Shown piece by piece: positions 40,901 through 51,106 of a DNA stretch of 64,000 nt. The notes below the pieces were generated by a model. That model was not told the origin of the DNA, did not search any database, and saw only the letters and a list, made by a program, of their open reading frames with translations. This DNA comes from an uncultured cyanobacterium. GTDB taxonomy: Bacteria > Cyanobacteriota > Cyanobacteriia > Cyanobacteriales > Nostocaceae. Within the stretch, counting starts at the first letter, position 1. Every line of letters begins with the position of its first letter. The stretch is from assembly GCA_963706595.1 (NCBI GenBank), contig OY970166.1, positions 2,336,001-2,400,000 of the forward strand. The letters are read 5' to 3'. Position numbers and translations under genes: made by a program.

Positions 40901-43420
40901 GTGAGGAGTATGGGGTATCAGCAACCAAGAGAGATCATATCAGCAGGGATGGCGATCGCACTAACATCATTACTTGTACAGCCAGCTTTAGCTGAAACTA
41001 AAACGCATAATTTCACCAATACAGCAAAGTTACTATTAGCACAGCAATCTGTTGTCAAAATTACAGGTGTTCAAGTCAATGCTACAGATAAAGGGATTGA
41101 CGTAATTGTAGAAAGTGCAAACACAGAAGCACTTCAGCCTCTAAATAGAAGTACAGAAAATAATTACATTGCAGATATTCCCAACGCTGTTTTAGCATTA
41201 CCTGAACGTCAAAACTTTAACATTACTAATCCAGCCAGTGGGATTGTGTCTGTGAGTGTGACTCAAGCTGACCCTATTACTGTGCGGGTGACAGTTACAG
41301 GAGAGAAAGGTTTACCCACAGCACAGTTATTTGATAGTAATCAAGGTCTGATATTTGAATTTGCGCCCACTGTATCAGAAACACAACCACCAGAACAGCC
41401 GACAAGTGAAACCCCACCAGAAGCACCTATTGAATTACTTGTCACAGGTCAACAAGACAGCTACCGAGTTCCTAACGCCTCTACTGGGACAAAAACTGAC
41501 ACCCCAATCCGCGATATTCCTCAAGCAATTCAAGTCATCCCGAAGCAAGTTATTCAGGAACAGCAAGTGCAGCGTTTAAGTGACGCATTAAAAAATACTG
41601 CTGGTGTAATTACTAACACTTCAGACCGCAATATATTTGATGGCTTTGTAATTCGAGGATTCACCAATCGTACTATTATCCGTAATGGATTGAGAGATGA
41701 CACCAACACTACTGCTGGTTCTGGAATTGCCAACATTGAACAAATAGAAGTCCTCAGAGGGCCAGCTTCTGTTTTATTTGGTCAAGGTGGTGCTGGAGGT
41801 ACTGTCAATATTGTGACTAAAAAACCTCTTGAAACACCTTTTTATTCAATAGAAGGAACAATTGGCAGCTATGATTTATACAGTGGTGCAATTGATTTAA
41901 CAGGACCTCTGAATGAGAGTAAAACTCTGTTATATCGTCTTAATGCTTCTGCTTTTAGTTCGGGTTCCTTTGTCGATTTTGTAGACATTGAACGTTACTT
42001 AATAGCACCTGTTTTAACTTGGAAAATTGGTGAAAACACAGCATTAACTTTAGAAGCAGAGTATTTTGATACAAAACAACGTAACGACAGAGGTATCCCC
42101 GCATTAGGTACAGTCTTACCCAACCCTAACGGACAAATTCCTAGAAATAGGTTTACAAATGAGCCATCAATTGACAAAAATAATGGGCAAGTATGGCGAG
42201 TAGGCTATAATCTAGAGCATCGTTTCAATGAAGATTGGCAAATCCAAAATAGCTTACGTGGTTCATTTCAAAAAAGGCAACAAAATTCTGGTTTTCCCAC
42301 ATCTTTAGATGATGATGCTAGAACTTTAAACCGTGGTTTATTTATTAGTGAAGCTGCCGTAGATAGCTACATTTTAGATACCAATCTGGCTGGAAACTTT
42401 AATACTGGAAATATCAAACATAAACTGTTATTTGGGTTTGATTTATCTAGAGAAATATTTCAAGGTTCTAGTCAGCGTGTTGCAGTTAGTCCTCTAGATT
42501 TATTTAACCCAGTATACGGTTCACAAAACATTGGTGCTGTACTAGATGAATTTCCTAATGAGCCATTTACTCAACAAGGTTTAGGATTTTACTTACAAGA
42601 CCAAATTTCCCTAACAGATAACTTTAAATTAGTGATTGGGGGACGTTTGGATATTGTCAATCAAAAACAAGAAGATGCAGAAAGAAATGTTACTTCTTTT
42701 CAAGAAGACACAGCATTTAGTCCCCGCATTGGTATAGTTTATCAGCCAAGTCAATTAGTTTCACTTTATGCTAACTACAGCCGTTCATTTGAGCAGGTAA
42801 CAGGTACAACATTTGATACAGCTTTATTTAGACCAGAAAGAGGAACTCAATATGAAGTAGGAGCTAAGTTTGATTGGACAAATCAACTTTCATCAACTCT
42901 TTCTCTATATCAAATTACCCGTTCAAATGTGCTAACATCTGACCCGATAAACCCAGATTTTTCCATCCAAACAGGAGAACAAAGAAGTCGCGGTTTTGAA
43001 GTAGATATTGTGGGTGAAATATTACCTGGATGGAAAATTATTGGTGGTTATGCTTACACGGATGCTCAAATCACTCAAGATAATGATCTTCCTGTGGGTA
43101 ATCGAATTAATAATGTACCCAAAAATGCTTTAAGTTTATGGAACACTTACGAAATTCAACAAGGTAATTTACAAGGTTTAGGATTTGGTCTAGGTCTTTT
43201 TTATGTAGGAGAAAGAGAAGGGGATTTAAATAATACTTTCAGTTTACCCAGTTATTTACGTACAGATGCAGCATTATTTTATCGTAGAGATAACTTTCGA
43301 GCTGCTTTGAATGTGCAGAACTTGTTTGATACTGAGTATTTTCAATTAGCAGAAAACCGCTTACGTCTTTTTTACGGCGAACCACGCACTGTAAAATTCA
43401 CCTTGGGTTGGCAATTTTAA
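40901..43420 (+). CDS. TonB-dependent siderophore receptor with AMIN domain
   Basis: Signal peptide, AMIN-like region, ELLVTG TonB box, IEQIEVLRGPASVLFG plug motif, C-terminal WQF. Confidence 0.95.
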   Translation: MRSMGYQQPREIISAGMAIALTSLLVQPALAETKTHNFTNTAKLLLAQQSVVKITGVQVNATDKGIDVIVESANTEALQPLNRSTENNYIADIPNAVLALPERQNFNITNPASGIVSVSVTQADPITVRVTVTGEKGLPTAQLFDSNQGLIFEFAPTVSETQPPEQPTSETPPEAPIELLVTGQQDSYRVPNASTGTKTDTPIRDIPQAIQVIPKQVIQEQQVQRLSDALKNTAGVITNTSDRNIFDGFVIRGFTNRTIIRNGLRDDTNTTAGSGIANIEQIEVLRGPASVLFGQGGAGGTVNIVTKKPLETPFYSIEGTIGSYDLYSGAIDLTGPLNESKTLLYRLNASAFSSGSFVDFVDIERYLIAPVLTWKIGENTALTLEAEYFDTKQRNDRGIPALGTVLPNPNGQIPRNRFTNEPSIDKNNGQVWRVGYNLEHRFNEDWQIQNSLRGSFQKRQQNSGFPTSLDDDARTLNRGLFISEAAVDSYILDTNLAGNFNTGNIKHKLLFGFDLSREIFQGSSQRVAVSPLDLFNPVYGSQNIGAVLDEFPNEPFTQQGLGFYLQDQISLTDNFKLVIGGRLDIVNQKQEDAERNVTSFQEDTAFSPRIGIVYQPSQLVSLYANYSRSFEQVTGTTFDTALFRPERGTQYEVGAKFDWTNQLSSTLSLYQITRSNVLTSDPINPDFSIQTGEQRSRGFEVDIVGEILPGWKIIGGYAYTDAQITQDNDLPVGNRINNVPKNALSLWNTYEIQQGNLQGLGFGLGLFYVGEREGDLNNTFSLPSYLRTDAALFYRRDNFRAALNVQNLFDTEYFQLAENRLRLFYGEPRTVKFTLGWQF

Positions 43421-43446
43421 CTCATAAATTGCTCATAGGGTAGTTA

Positions 43447-43667
43447 TAGGACTCCTATTTGAGTTTTGTTGGCGTAGCTTATAAACACGTAGTTGACTGA
43501 CAGGCTTAAAATAGTTCATTAGACGTAGGTTGGGTTAAGCGCAGCGCCACCCAACGCGACCAATGATGTTGGGTTTCCTTACGTCAACCCAACCTACAAT
43601 TTTTTTGCAATATTTTAAGCTTGTCACGCCAATACTTATTTTTTTCATAAATCAAATCGGATTCCTA
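43447..43667. mobile_element. Three nested inverted-repeat elements
   Basis: Outer TIR 43447-43462/43652-43667; middle TIR 43498-43513/43611-43626; inner GTAG REP doublet 43525-43597. Confidence 0.75.
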
Positions 43668-43731
43668 TTACATATAGCCCTTGAATACTATCAGGGCTGT
43701 TTAATTACCAAATCCATCGCCAAAGCATTCA

Positions 43732-44712
43732 ATGATTAGAAAATGTTTGGATCACATCAAGCTATTTTTCATAGTAACCCTGGTTGCAATATTTTCCAAA
43801 GGATGTTATGATTTTTTCCCTGAAAATATCTCCTCGTCAAAAGCAAACTTAATCACATCAGAATGTCGAATCATTAAGCATGAGTTAGGAGAAAGCTGTA
43901 TTCCTAATAATCCTCAAAATATCATTGTGACTGACCAAGAAAGTTTAGAAATTTTAGTGGCTTTGGGTTTAAAACCAATAGCAGCAACTACAGCAAATCG
44001 GGTAGGGAATAAAGCACCTATATTGAAAGAAAAAATTGCTGGAATTATTGATTTAGGTAAAGAAGGTCAGCCTAATATTGAAAAAATTGTCAAATTACGT
44101 CCTGATTTGATTATAGGTTTTTTTATCACTCCTCAAAATTATCAAATTTTCTCCCAAATAGCTCCCACAGTTTCCATTGATGATTATACAGAAACTGGAT
44201 GGAAAAAAACTTTAATCCAGGTTGCTTATATAGTCGATAAAACTCCAGAAGCAGAACAACTATTAGAAAGATATCAACAAAGAATTGCAGATTTGAGACT
44301 CAAGTTTGATCAAAAATTACGAAATACTGAAATTACTATCATGCGATTTTACACAAATATTCAATTTACACAATTTTTGAATCAATCATCATTTCCTGTA
44401 AGTATTTTAGAAGAATTAAAACTATCTATACCCCTCGCACAACGTCAGCTTAGTAGAGGCGCAAATGTCAGTTATGAAAATGTTAGTTTAGAACGTGTAG
44501 ACTTGTTAGAGGCTGACGCAATGTTTATAGCACTAGACCCAGGTTCTGAAGAAAACTTGCAAAAATATCAGAATAATCCTCTATGGCAAAAGCTGAATGT
44601 AGTTAAAAACAATCGCGTATATACTGTTGATTCAGGTTACTGGATTTTTGGAAATATACTATCTGCTAATGCTATTTTAGATGACATTTATAAATATCTA
44701 TTAAATCAGTAA
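43732..44712 (+). CDS. Iron-siderophore ABC transporter substrate-binding protein
   Basis: CRIIKHELGESC, PNIEKIVKLRPDLI, SQIAPTV, PLWQKL.VVKNNRVY. Confidence 0.93.
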   Translation: MIRKCLDHIKLFFIVTLVAIFSKGCYDFFPENISSSKANLITSECRIIKHELGESCIPNNPQNIIVTDQESLEILVALGLKPIAATTANRVGNKAPILKEKIAGIIDLGKEGQPNIEKIVKLRPDLIIGFFITPQNYQIFSQIAPTVSIDDYTETGWKKTLIQVAYIVDKTPEAEQLLERYQQRIADLRLKFDQKLRNTEITIMRFYTNIQFTQFLNQSSFPVSILEELKLSIPLAQRQLSRGANVSYENVSLERVDLLEADAMFIALDPGSEENLQKYQNNPLWQKLNVVKNNRVYTVDSGYWIFGNILSANAILDDIYKYLLNQ

Positions 44713-44877
44713 TCCGTAGCATCTGTTCTAGCATTATTATCTGCGTTTATCTGCGTGCATCTGCGTTTAATTATTACTGCTTGTACCTTAATTAAATGAA
44801 GAATTGCTATATCGCATATCTTAACGCAATATTTGGAATTAGCGGCGCACATTATCCTTCTCCGAAATAACTAGATA

Positions 44878-45852
44878 ATGAAAAAATTATTAAGGCGTTA
44901 TTTTAATTTATTTTTTATCATGACTTTGACTATAATTTTAGTGCAAAGTTGTAATCAGCCTCAAAACACAGATTTATCTAAAGAAAATTTAGTCACATCT
45001 GAATGCAAATTAATCCAGCATCCTTTGGGAGAAACTTGTGTTCCCTTAAAACCTCAACGCATCATTGCTTTAGATGAAACCTCTATGGAAGCATTGCTGG
45101 CGCTCGACTTAAAACCAATAGCAACAGCACAGCCTAATATTGCAGGAAGCATCATACCAAAGTTGGGTAAAAAAGCTGAGGGAATAGTTTCTTTAGGAAA
45201 AGCTGAACAGCCAAATCTAGAAAAAATTGTGCAGTTAAATCCAGATTTAATTTTGGGTTTTTCTATTAGTGCAGAACAATATCAAATATTTTCACAAATA
45301 GCACCTACATTTACACTTGATTATGTACAATTTGGTTGGAAAGATGCTTTCTTAAGTATTGCTGAAACAACAGGTAAAACTGAAAAAGCACAAAAAATAC
45401 TTCAAGAATATCAACAAAGAGTTGAAAAATTACGCACATTTGTAAATGATAACCTCACAGAAAAAACTGTTTCCATTAGTCGCTTTTATGCTGGTAACAA
45501 CTTTACAGAATTTCGTACTAGATATTCATTTCCTGGGAGTATAGTGACAGAGGTGGGAATACCACTACCAGAAGTTCAAAATCAACTCACGACTAATGAA
45601 AATCAACCTCTATTTTCAGTTAGTTTAGAACGGATAGATTTAATAAATGCTGATATTTTATTTATAGTTTTAGACCCAGGTGCGGAAGAAAACTTTCAAA
45701 AATTTCAGAATAGTCCACTATGGCAAAATCTGAAAGCAGTTAAAAATCAACGAGTTTATACCGTTGACTCAAGTTATTGGATATTTGGAAATATTCTTTC
45801 AGCAAATGTTGTTTTAGATGATTTGTTTACATATTTAGTGAAACAACCATGA
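44878..45852 (+). CDS. Iron-siderophore ABC transporter substrate-binding protein (paralogue)
   Basis: Lipobox VQSC, same motifs as the upstream gene including YWIFGNILSAN. Confidence 0.93.
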   Translation: MKKLLRRYFNLFFIMTLTIILVQSCNQPQNTDLSKENLVTSECKLIQHPLGETCVPLKPQRIIALDETSMEALLALDLKPIATAQPNIAGSIIPKLGKKAEGIVSLGKAEQPNLEKIVQLNPDLILGFSISAEQYQIFSQIAPTFTLDYVQFGWKDAFLSIAETTGKTEKAQKILQEYQQRVEKLRTFVNDNLTEKTVSISRFYAGNNFTEFRTRYSFPGSIVTEVGIPLPEVQNQLTTNENQPLFSVSLERIDLINADILFIVLDPGAEENFQKFQNSPLWQNLKAVKNQRVYTVDSSYWIFGNILSANVVLDDLFTYLVKQP

Positions 45853-46763
45853 TATTTGATTCTAAAAATCGAGAAATACTGCAAATATCTCCAGAATTAG
45901 CTAATAGTAATATACTGGGATTTTTAATAGAAATATTAAATCTTGCTCAAAGCAATTTAGATAGTTTTTATACTGAGGGCATTATTTTAACTCAGCTTCC
46001 TGATGATGTTGAGGTGATTTCACTTAATGATTATCTACAACCAGATAGACTTTTATCTGATTGGCAAACCAGCGAAATATACCCAAAAACTCAAGATATT
46101 CGCATTGCTGCATCTATTTGGAATAAAGTTTATAGCTGGACAACATTACCAGGTGTTTTAGCTTTGATGACTTGGGCGGGAGTAGGGTTAGATGCTTCTA
46201 TTGATAATGTGAGTTTTGTTTTGGAAGATGATAAACCCAAGGCGTTATGGTTTCATGACTTGAGTGGTACTGTCATTTATCCTCAAAGATTACCTGTAGC
46301 AATTCCCGAAAATTATCCAGGAAAAATAGTAAATAGCGTTGCGGACTTACATGAATTTGTTTTTAGCAACTTATTCCAGCGCAATTTTGCACCAATGATA
46401 GACAGAGTTCATGGTTTAACTAAACTCTCTAAAAAAACTATGTGGGGTAATGCTGTAAATGCTTCTGAAAGACAGTTTGCTGAATTGAGTAAATGTATTA
46501 ACTCAGAAGCAATAAAAATAGATTATTCCACCTTGTATGAACAACAATATAGTAGTGTCATGCCAGGACGCAATCCTCTTTACAACTTAGTACGTAGTGA
46601 ACAAATCAACGAACCGGGTTTACCAGCAAAAACCACAGTGAGACGCACCTGTTGCTTATATGCGTTTATTCCTCCAGGAGATGAAAAGTGTACAAATTGT
46701 CCTCTTCTCACACCTCAAGAACGTATCGCTCAAATGAAGCAATACATGACAGAAGATGAATAA
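45849..46763 (+). CDS. FhuF-like ferric siderophore reductase, 2Fe-2S
   Basis: MWGNA and C-terminal RRTCC-x11-C-x2-CP motif. Confidence 0.85.
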   Translation: MIFDSKNREILQISPELANSNILGFLIEILNLAQSNLDSFYTEGIILTQLPDDVEVISLNDYLQPDRLLSDWQTSEIYPKTQDIRIAASIWNKVYSWTTLPGVLALMTWAGVGLDASIDNVSFVLEDDKPKALWFHDLSGTVIYPQRLPVAIPENYPGKIVNSVADLHEFVFSNLFQRNFAPMIDRVHGLTKLSKKTMWGNAVNASERQFAELSKCINSEAIKIDYSTLYEQQYSSVMPGRNPLYNLVRSEQINEPGLPAKTTVRRTCCLYAFIPPGDEKCTNCPLLTPQERIAQMKQYMTEDE

Positions 46764-48078
46764 AATGTCACAACAACCAAATTCCGCCAGTATGCGTAAT
46801 TTTCTCATAGTCTGGCTGGGTCAGCTAGTTTCTGCTATGGGTAGCCAAATGACCGGCTTTGCTATTGAAATTTGGGCTTGGGAAATTACAGGTAAAGCCA
46901 CTACTTTGACTTTAGTGGGTTTTTTTAGTTTACTTCCCAGTATTATTATTACCCCGATTAGTGGTGTAATTGTAGACCGTTTTAATCGGAAATTATTAAT
47001 GATGGTAGGTGATACTGTCGCCGTTCTCAGCACAGTTATGATTTTGTGGCTGCATCTCACCAATAATTTGCAAATTTGGCACTTTTACCTCACAGGCGCA
47101 ATTGTTGGGACTTTTAACCAATTTCAATCTTTAGCTTATTCGGCTTCAGTCTCGCTGATGATTCCCAAACAACATTATACCCGCGCTAGTAGTCTGGGAT
47201 TTTTATCTAGTTACGGTAGCCAAATTCTTGCACCTGCTTTAGCTGGATTTCTTTACACAATAATTGGTTTTGTCGGAATTTGGTTGATTGATATTTTGAC
47301 TTTTACTATAGCAATTGGCAGTTTATTTATAGTCAAAATTCCTCAACCACCACCTACGAAAGAAACTGAAAATATAGCCAACATTTGGCAAGATTTAGGA
47401 TTTGGTTGGCGTTATATTGTTAATCAAAAAGGTTTGCTAGCACTATTGATAGTGAATATATTATTTTGGCTACCCCATGATATCGGTAATTCTTTATATA
47501 CACCAATGATTTTATCTAGAAGTAATAATAATACTTTAGTGTTAGGAAGTTTAGCTTCTGCGGCTGGTTTGGGTGGTGTCATGGGGGCAATTATGATTAG
47601 CACTTGGGGAGGATTTCAACGCAAAATCAAAGGTGTTTTATTGGGGATGATTGGTGCAGGTATCAGTAAAATTATCTTTGGTTTGGGTAGAAGTCCTTGG
47701 GTTTGGATTCCGGCTCAATTTTGTTCTTCTTTGAATTTTCCTTTGAATGGGAGTTCAGATAATGCGATTTGGTTGGCTAAAGTTGCGCCGAATTTGCAGG
47801 GAAGGGTTTTTGGGGCGCGATCGCTTGTCTTACAAATAGCTTCTGCTGTAGCCTATTTAATAGCCGGACCTTTGGCTGATAATATGTTTGCACCTGCTTT
47901 GAGTACAGATAGTAGTCTGTTTTGGGGAATATTTGGCACTGGTACTGGTGCGGGAATTGCGGTGTTGTATGTAATTTGTGCGTTGTGTATGTTGCTAGTG
48001 GGTTTAGTGGGGTTGACAGTCCCCTTAGTGCGGGATGTGGAAAAGACTGTCCCTGACCATGATCAGGTCATTTTGTAG
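46756..48078 (+). CDS. MFS transporter
   Basis: Multiple TM segments, GVIVDRFNRK motif A, LQGRVFG. Confidence 0.92.
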   Translation: MNKMSQQPNSASMRNFLIVWLGQLVSAMGSQMTGFAIEIWAWEITGKATTLTLVGFFSLLPSIIITPISGVIVDRFNRKLLMMVGDTVAVLSTVMILWLHLTNNLQIWHFYLTGAIVGTFNQFQSLAYSASVSLMIPKQHYTRASSLGFLSSYGSQILAPALAGFLYTIIGFVGIWLIDILTFTIAIGSLFIVKIPQPPPTKETENIANIWQDLGFGWRYIVNQKGLLALLIVNILFWLPHDIGNSLYTPMILSRSNNNTLVLGSLASAAGLGGVMGAIMISTWGGFQRKIKGVLLGMIGAGISKIIFGLGRSPWVWIPAQFCSSLNFPLNGSSDNAIWLAKVAPNLQGRVFGARSLVLQIASAVAYLIAGPLADNMFAPALSTDSSLFWGIFGTGTGAGIAVLYVICALCMLLVGLVGLTVPLVRDVEKTVPDHDQVIL

Positions 48079-48130
48079 TGAACTACTCAGACTTGCCTGC
48101 GGCTGGAGTCTGAGCTTCCCAATTCATCGT
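48078..48130. mobile_element. Possible IS200/IS605-family end remnant
   Basis: GTGAACTAC-hairpin(CTCAGACT...AGTCTGAG)-CTTCCCAATTCATCG resembles cyanobacterial IS200/IS605 ends as I recall them; no transposase attached. Confidence 0.4.
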
Positions 48131-48269
48131 TAAAAATTGAAGGTGCGTTAGCCTACGGCATAACAGACCCTACGGGAGGGAGTAATTGAGAATGATAGCA
48201 ATTTACTATCTCGAATTTCTGTGAAGATTTAATGTTTTATCGAAAAATAGCACAAAGATCATATTTGTT

Positions 48270-49202
48270 CTACCCTTTTCCGTTGTCATTTGCTGCCATT
48301 GCGCCGGGGCTTTTCAACTGGTAAATTGCAAACACAACATAATAAGCCACAGTAAACATGATCCCAGAGAAGATTTGCCCTCCCCAAGGACCGTGCCAGA
48401 AGTCAAAGGTCGGTCTACCCCAGTAAAGCACCGCTAAGACTAACACTACTACTCGCGGAATATTGAACACAATCGCGATCGCTATCCCACTCACCATAGC
48501 CAGGCTAATACGCCACCAGACCTGCTTTAAAGTCAAACCTAACCAGAGACTCAGCCCGGTTAAAGAAATTACCATATCAAACCCGGTGCAGGCATAGCCC
48601 ACTCTGACAGATTCTTCTCCTACCAAAATGAGGTTTTTGGCGGCGATCGCTGGTTGCCCGATGACCTGGAGTGCTATACTACCTAGCCAAGCCGTGAAGT
48701 TTTCAGCCACTTCGGGTTCGATGATGCTGCTAAAGATGCGATCAGCCAAAAAAACAGTATTGGGATACATACTCACCAGAATCATCAAACAGGCCAGGGG
48801 ATAGCGCCAAAAGAGTCTAAATCCAAAGGAACTCCAGCCCACTCCCACGACTACGAGCAGCCAAATGAACGCCTGGACTGATACCGAGTCTCTACAGAAG
48901 GGGAGCCAAAATGCACTACCCATTATCAGCAGATGACCAATTAAGCGTTCATCGTGAGAGACTCGCATTTGCCGCAAGGTGTCTCGCTCAGTCCACAGCT
49001 TTTTTAGCCCGAAGTACAAAAAACCGCCATTGAACAACAGAGCGGCACTACCAAAGAGAATTGTAGACAGCAGGGTTCCTGCCCACACCGGGAAGTAAAA
49101 CAGCCCGGTTACGCCCGCCAGCGTTAACATCCGGCCATGATGAGTCTTGAGAGACTGCTGCCAAATATGAATTATCTGCCTGGGCTTGAGCTTTTTTAAC
49201 AT
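48270..49202 (-). CDS. crtC: Cyanoexosortase C
   Basis: Multi-TM; exosortase Cys-Arg-His triad in VGYACTG, FNIPRV, FWHGPWGGQIF; neighbouring PTPA-CTERM protein. Confidence 0.85.
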   Translation of the reverse strand: MLKKLKPRQIIHIWQQSLKTHHGRMLTLAGVTGLFYFPVWAGTLLSTILFGSAALLFNGGFLYFGLKKLWTERDTLRQMRVSHDERLIGHLLIMGSAFWLPFCRDSVSVQAFIWLLVVVGVGWSSFGFRLFWRYPLACLMILVSMYPNTVFLADRIFSSIIEPEVAENFTAWLGSIALQVIGQPAIAAKNLILVGEESVRVGYACTGFDMVISLTGLSLWLGLTLKQVWWRISLAMVSGIAIAIVFNIPRVVVLVLAVLYWGRPTFDFWHGPWGGQIFSGIMFTVAYYVVFAIYQLKSPGAMAANDNGKG

Positions 49203-49284
49203 CGCATCAATACATTAACTGACTGGGCTACTTTACCTGTTTGATCATCTGCACTGCCAAAGAACCGTCGCCCTGGTTCGGCAA

Positions 49285-49956
49285 TCAAATTAGGAGGGCA
49301 ATAGCAATAAGTGCGAATCCAGAGACCAGCAGGTTGCCTATAGCTACAGCTAAGAGCTTGTACAGCCTGTTTTGGGTATTGGTTTTCTGTTGCTGGGCCT
49401 GCTGCATCAACTGTTGAGAGACCTGCTCTAAACGTTCTGGGGTGATGTTAGGGTCTGGGGTCTCGGTGTTGGACTGAGCTATTTCTAACTGTTTTAAGGC
49501 TTGGGTTGATTGGTAATCAATATTCCCGATGGCCTGATCGCGAAGCTGAATGGTATCTCGAAATCCCAAAACCCCTGAGAGAATAAAGACCACGCCTAGC
49601 ACTAAGCAAAACCGGGTAACAATCCGTTTGAGGTAACGAGCGTCGAGCAAACCAAGACATAACAACGCCAGACCAGAGATCAGCACAATGCTGCGATCGC
49701 TAACCATGCGGAGGACACTAAATCGCCATTCCGCGGCCAGAAAATTCAGGGGTAACGCCACGCCAGTTAGGTCAACCAGAAACCCCGCAATGCAAGCCAA
49801 CCCCACAATTAGTGCCAGCTTATGCCCTACAGACTTGAAGCGCAATGGAAAACTGTTCAGCAGCTGTTTAGTATTCGTCCGCACCCATTTAGTCCATCCC
49901 AACTTAGGTAGTCTGATTGCTCCTAACTTAGGTCGTCTGATTGCTAGTAAACACAT
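49285..49956 (-). CDS. HpsJ-like membrane protein associated with the cyanoexosortase
   Basis: VGLACIAGFLVD, EWR...DR motifs, TM helices plus Gln-rich coiled coil; true start may be further downstream. Confidence 0.75.
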   Translation of the reverse strand: MCLLAIRRPKLGAIRLPKLGWTKWVRTNTKQLLNSFPLRFKSVGHKLALIVGLACIAGFLVDLTGVALPLNFLAAEWRFSVLRMVSDRSIVLISGLALLCLGLLDARYLKRIVTRFCLVLGVVFILSGVLGFRDTIQLRDQAIGNIDYQSTQALKQLEIAQSNTETPDPNITPERLEQVSQQLMQQAQQQKTNTQNRLYKLLAVAIGNLLVSGFALIAIALLI

Positions 49957-50199
49957 GATAATCTCATCAAAATCAACACTTGGGCAGGGGGAAGAGGTTC
50001 ATTTTCCCCAACCCTTGGTGGATGGGCATTTATAACTGTGCTATCGCGCGGCGGCGATAACACAGAGAATTTTCTCTTAAAATAGCCGTTAGCCATACAT
50101 CCCTGAAAAAACATAGGGTTTTGTGCTTTTCGTCCTAACTGATCAAATAATGCCTCCTGGCAAATTGCTAGGAAACAGAAACACAAGTTAAGTTTAGGT

Positions 50200-50820
50200 T
50201 TAAGACTCTTCTTTTGCTACTTCTTGCTGGCGTTTCTTACGCATTGCAGCTATCCACATACCTACTAGACCAGGTAACATCGCTGGAGTGGGAATTACGG
50301 GGTCGGGGGCGGGTACGAAGTCTAAGTTGAAGATTTCAGCTCTTGATCTAAGCCCCCCAGTACCGCCGCTTGTAAGAGTTGTGATGCGAAATCCGAAAAC
50401 ATCACCTGCGACAACATTTGCAGAGAATGGAAGAGTAGATTCACTGAGAATAGTTGCCAATGGAGTTAGTACATCATTCAACTGAAATTCAAGTTGAGAT
50501 GTGCCAGTCTGACGGGGTTGGAAGTTCCAATCAAAGTTGAAAGTGCCATCTGCTACACCTGTTATTAAGTAAGTACTAAAGGTATTAGGTGTAGTTAGAG
50601 GGCTACTACGAGAGGCGAACTCAATAAAATCAGGAGCGTTGCTCTCATCTAGAAATCCACTCGCATTTGGGCTATTGCTCAAAGTCCAATTGCTTGGATC
50701 GAAATCACCTTCAAAACCAGCAGCATAGCTGGGTGCAGCCATTACCAAACTGCCACAACATACAGAAGCAGTCGCTGCTGCAACTAAGAAACCACGATTC
50801 AGTGTGCTTTGCGCGAACAT
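50200..50820 (-). CDS. PTPA-CTERM sorting-domain surface protein
   Basis: Signal peptide ending APSYA; C-terminal IPTPAMLPGLVGMWIAAMRKKR; GAGGAG RBS before ATG 50820. Confidence 0.88.
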   Translation of the reverse strand: MFAQSTLNRGFLVAAATASVCCGSLVMAAPSYAAGFEGDFDPSNWTLSNSPNASGFLDESNAPDFIEFASRSSPLTTPNTFSTYLITGVADGTFNFDWNFQPRQTGTSQLEFQLNDVLTPLATILSESTLPFSANVVAGDVFGFRITTLTSGGTGGLRSRAEIFNLDFVPAPDPVIPTPAMLPGLVGMWIAAMRKKRQQEVAKEES

Positions 50821-51106
50821 AGAAATGTATCTCCTCACTTATTAATACGACGTTTTTACGTATAAATATCCATTTCCTGATGATTTATTGAAAATCTGAC
50901 CAGTTTTAAGTTGGATTTTCTCTTTTCATCTCAGTGAAATCGACTATGTACACAATATCATAGGTATATGGTAGTGCCAATAAACTTCATCAATATTTTG
51001 CAAAATTACTTTTAACATCATAATTCCGGATTATCACAGTCATAACTTGTAATTCTGACGACAGAGGCAAAATATACTGAAATTGTTTCATATAAATACT
51101 GATTGT

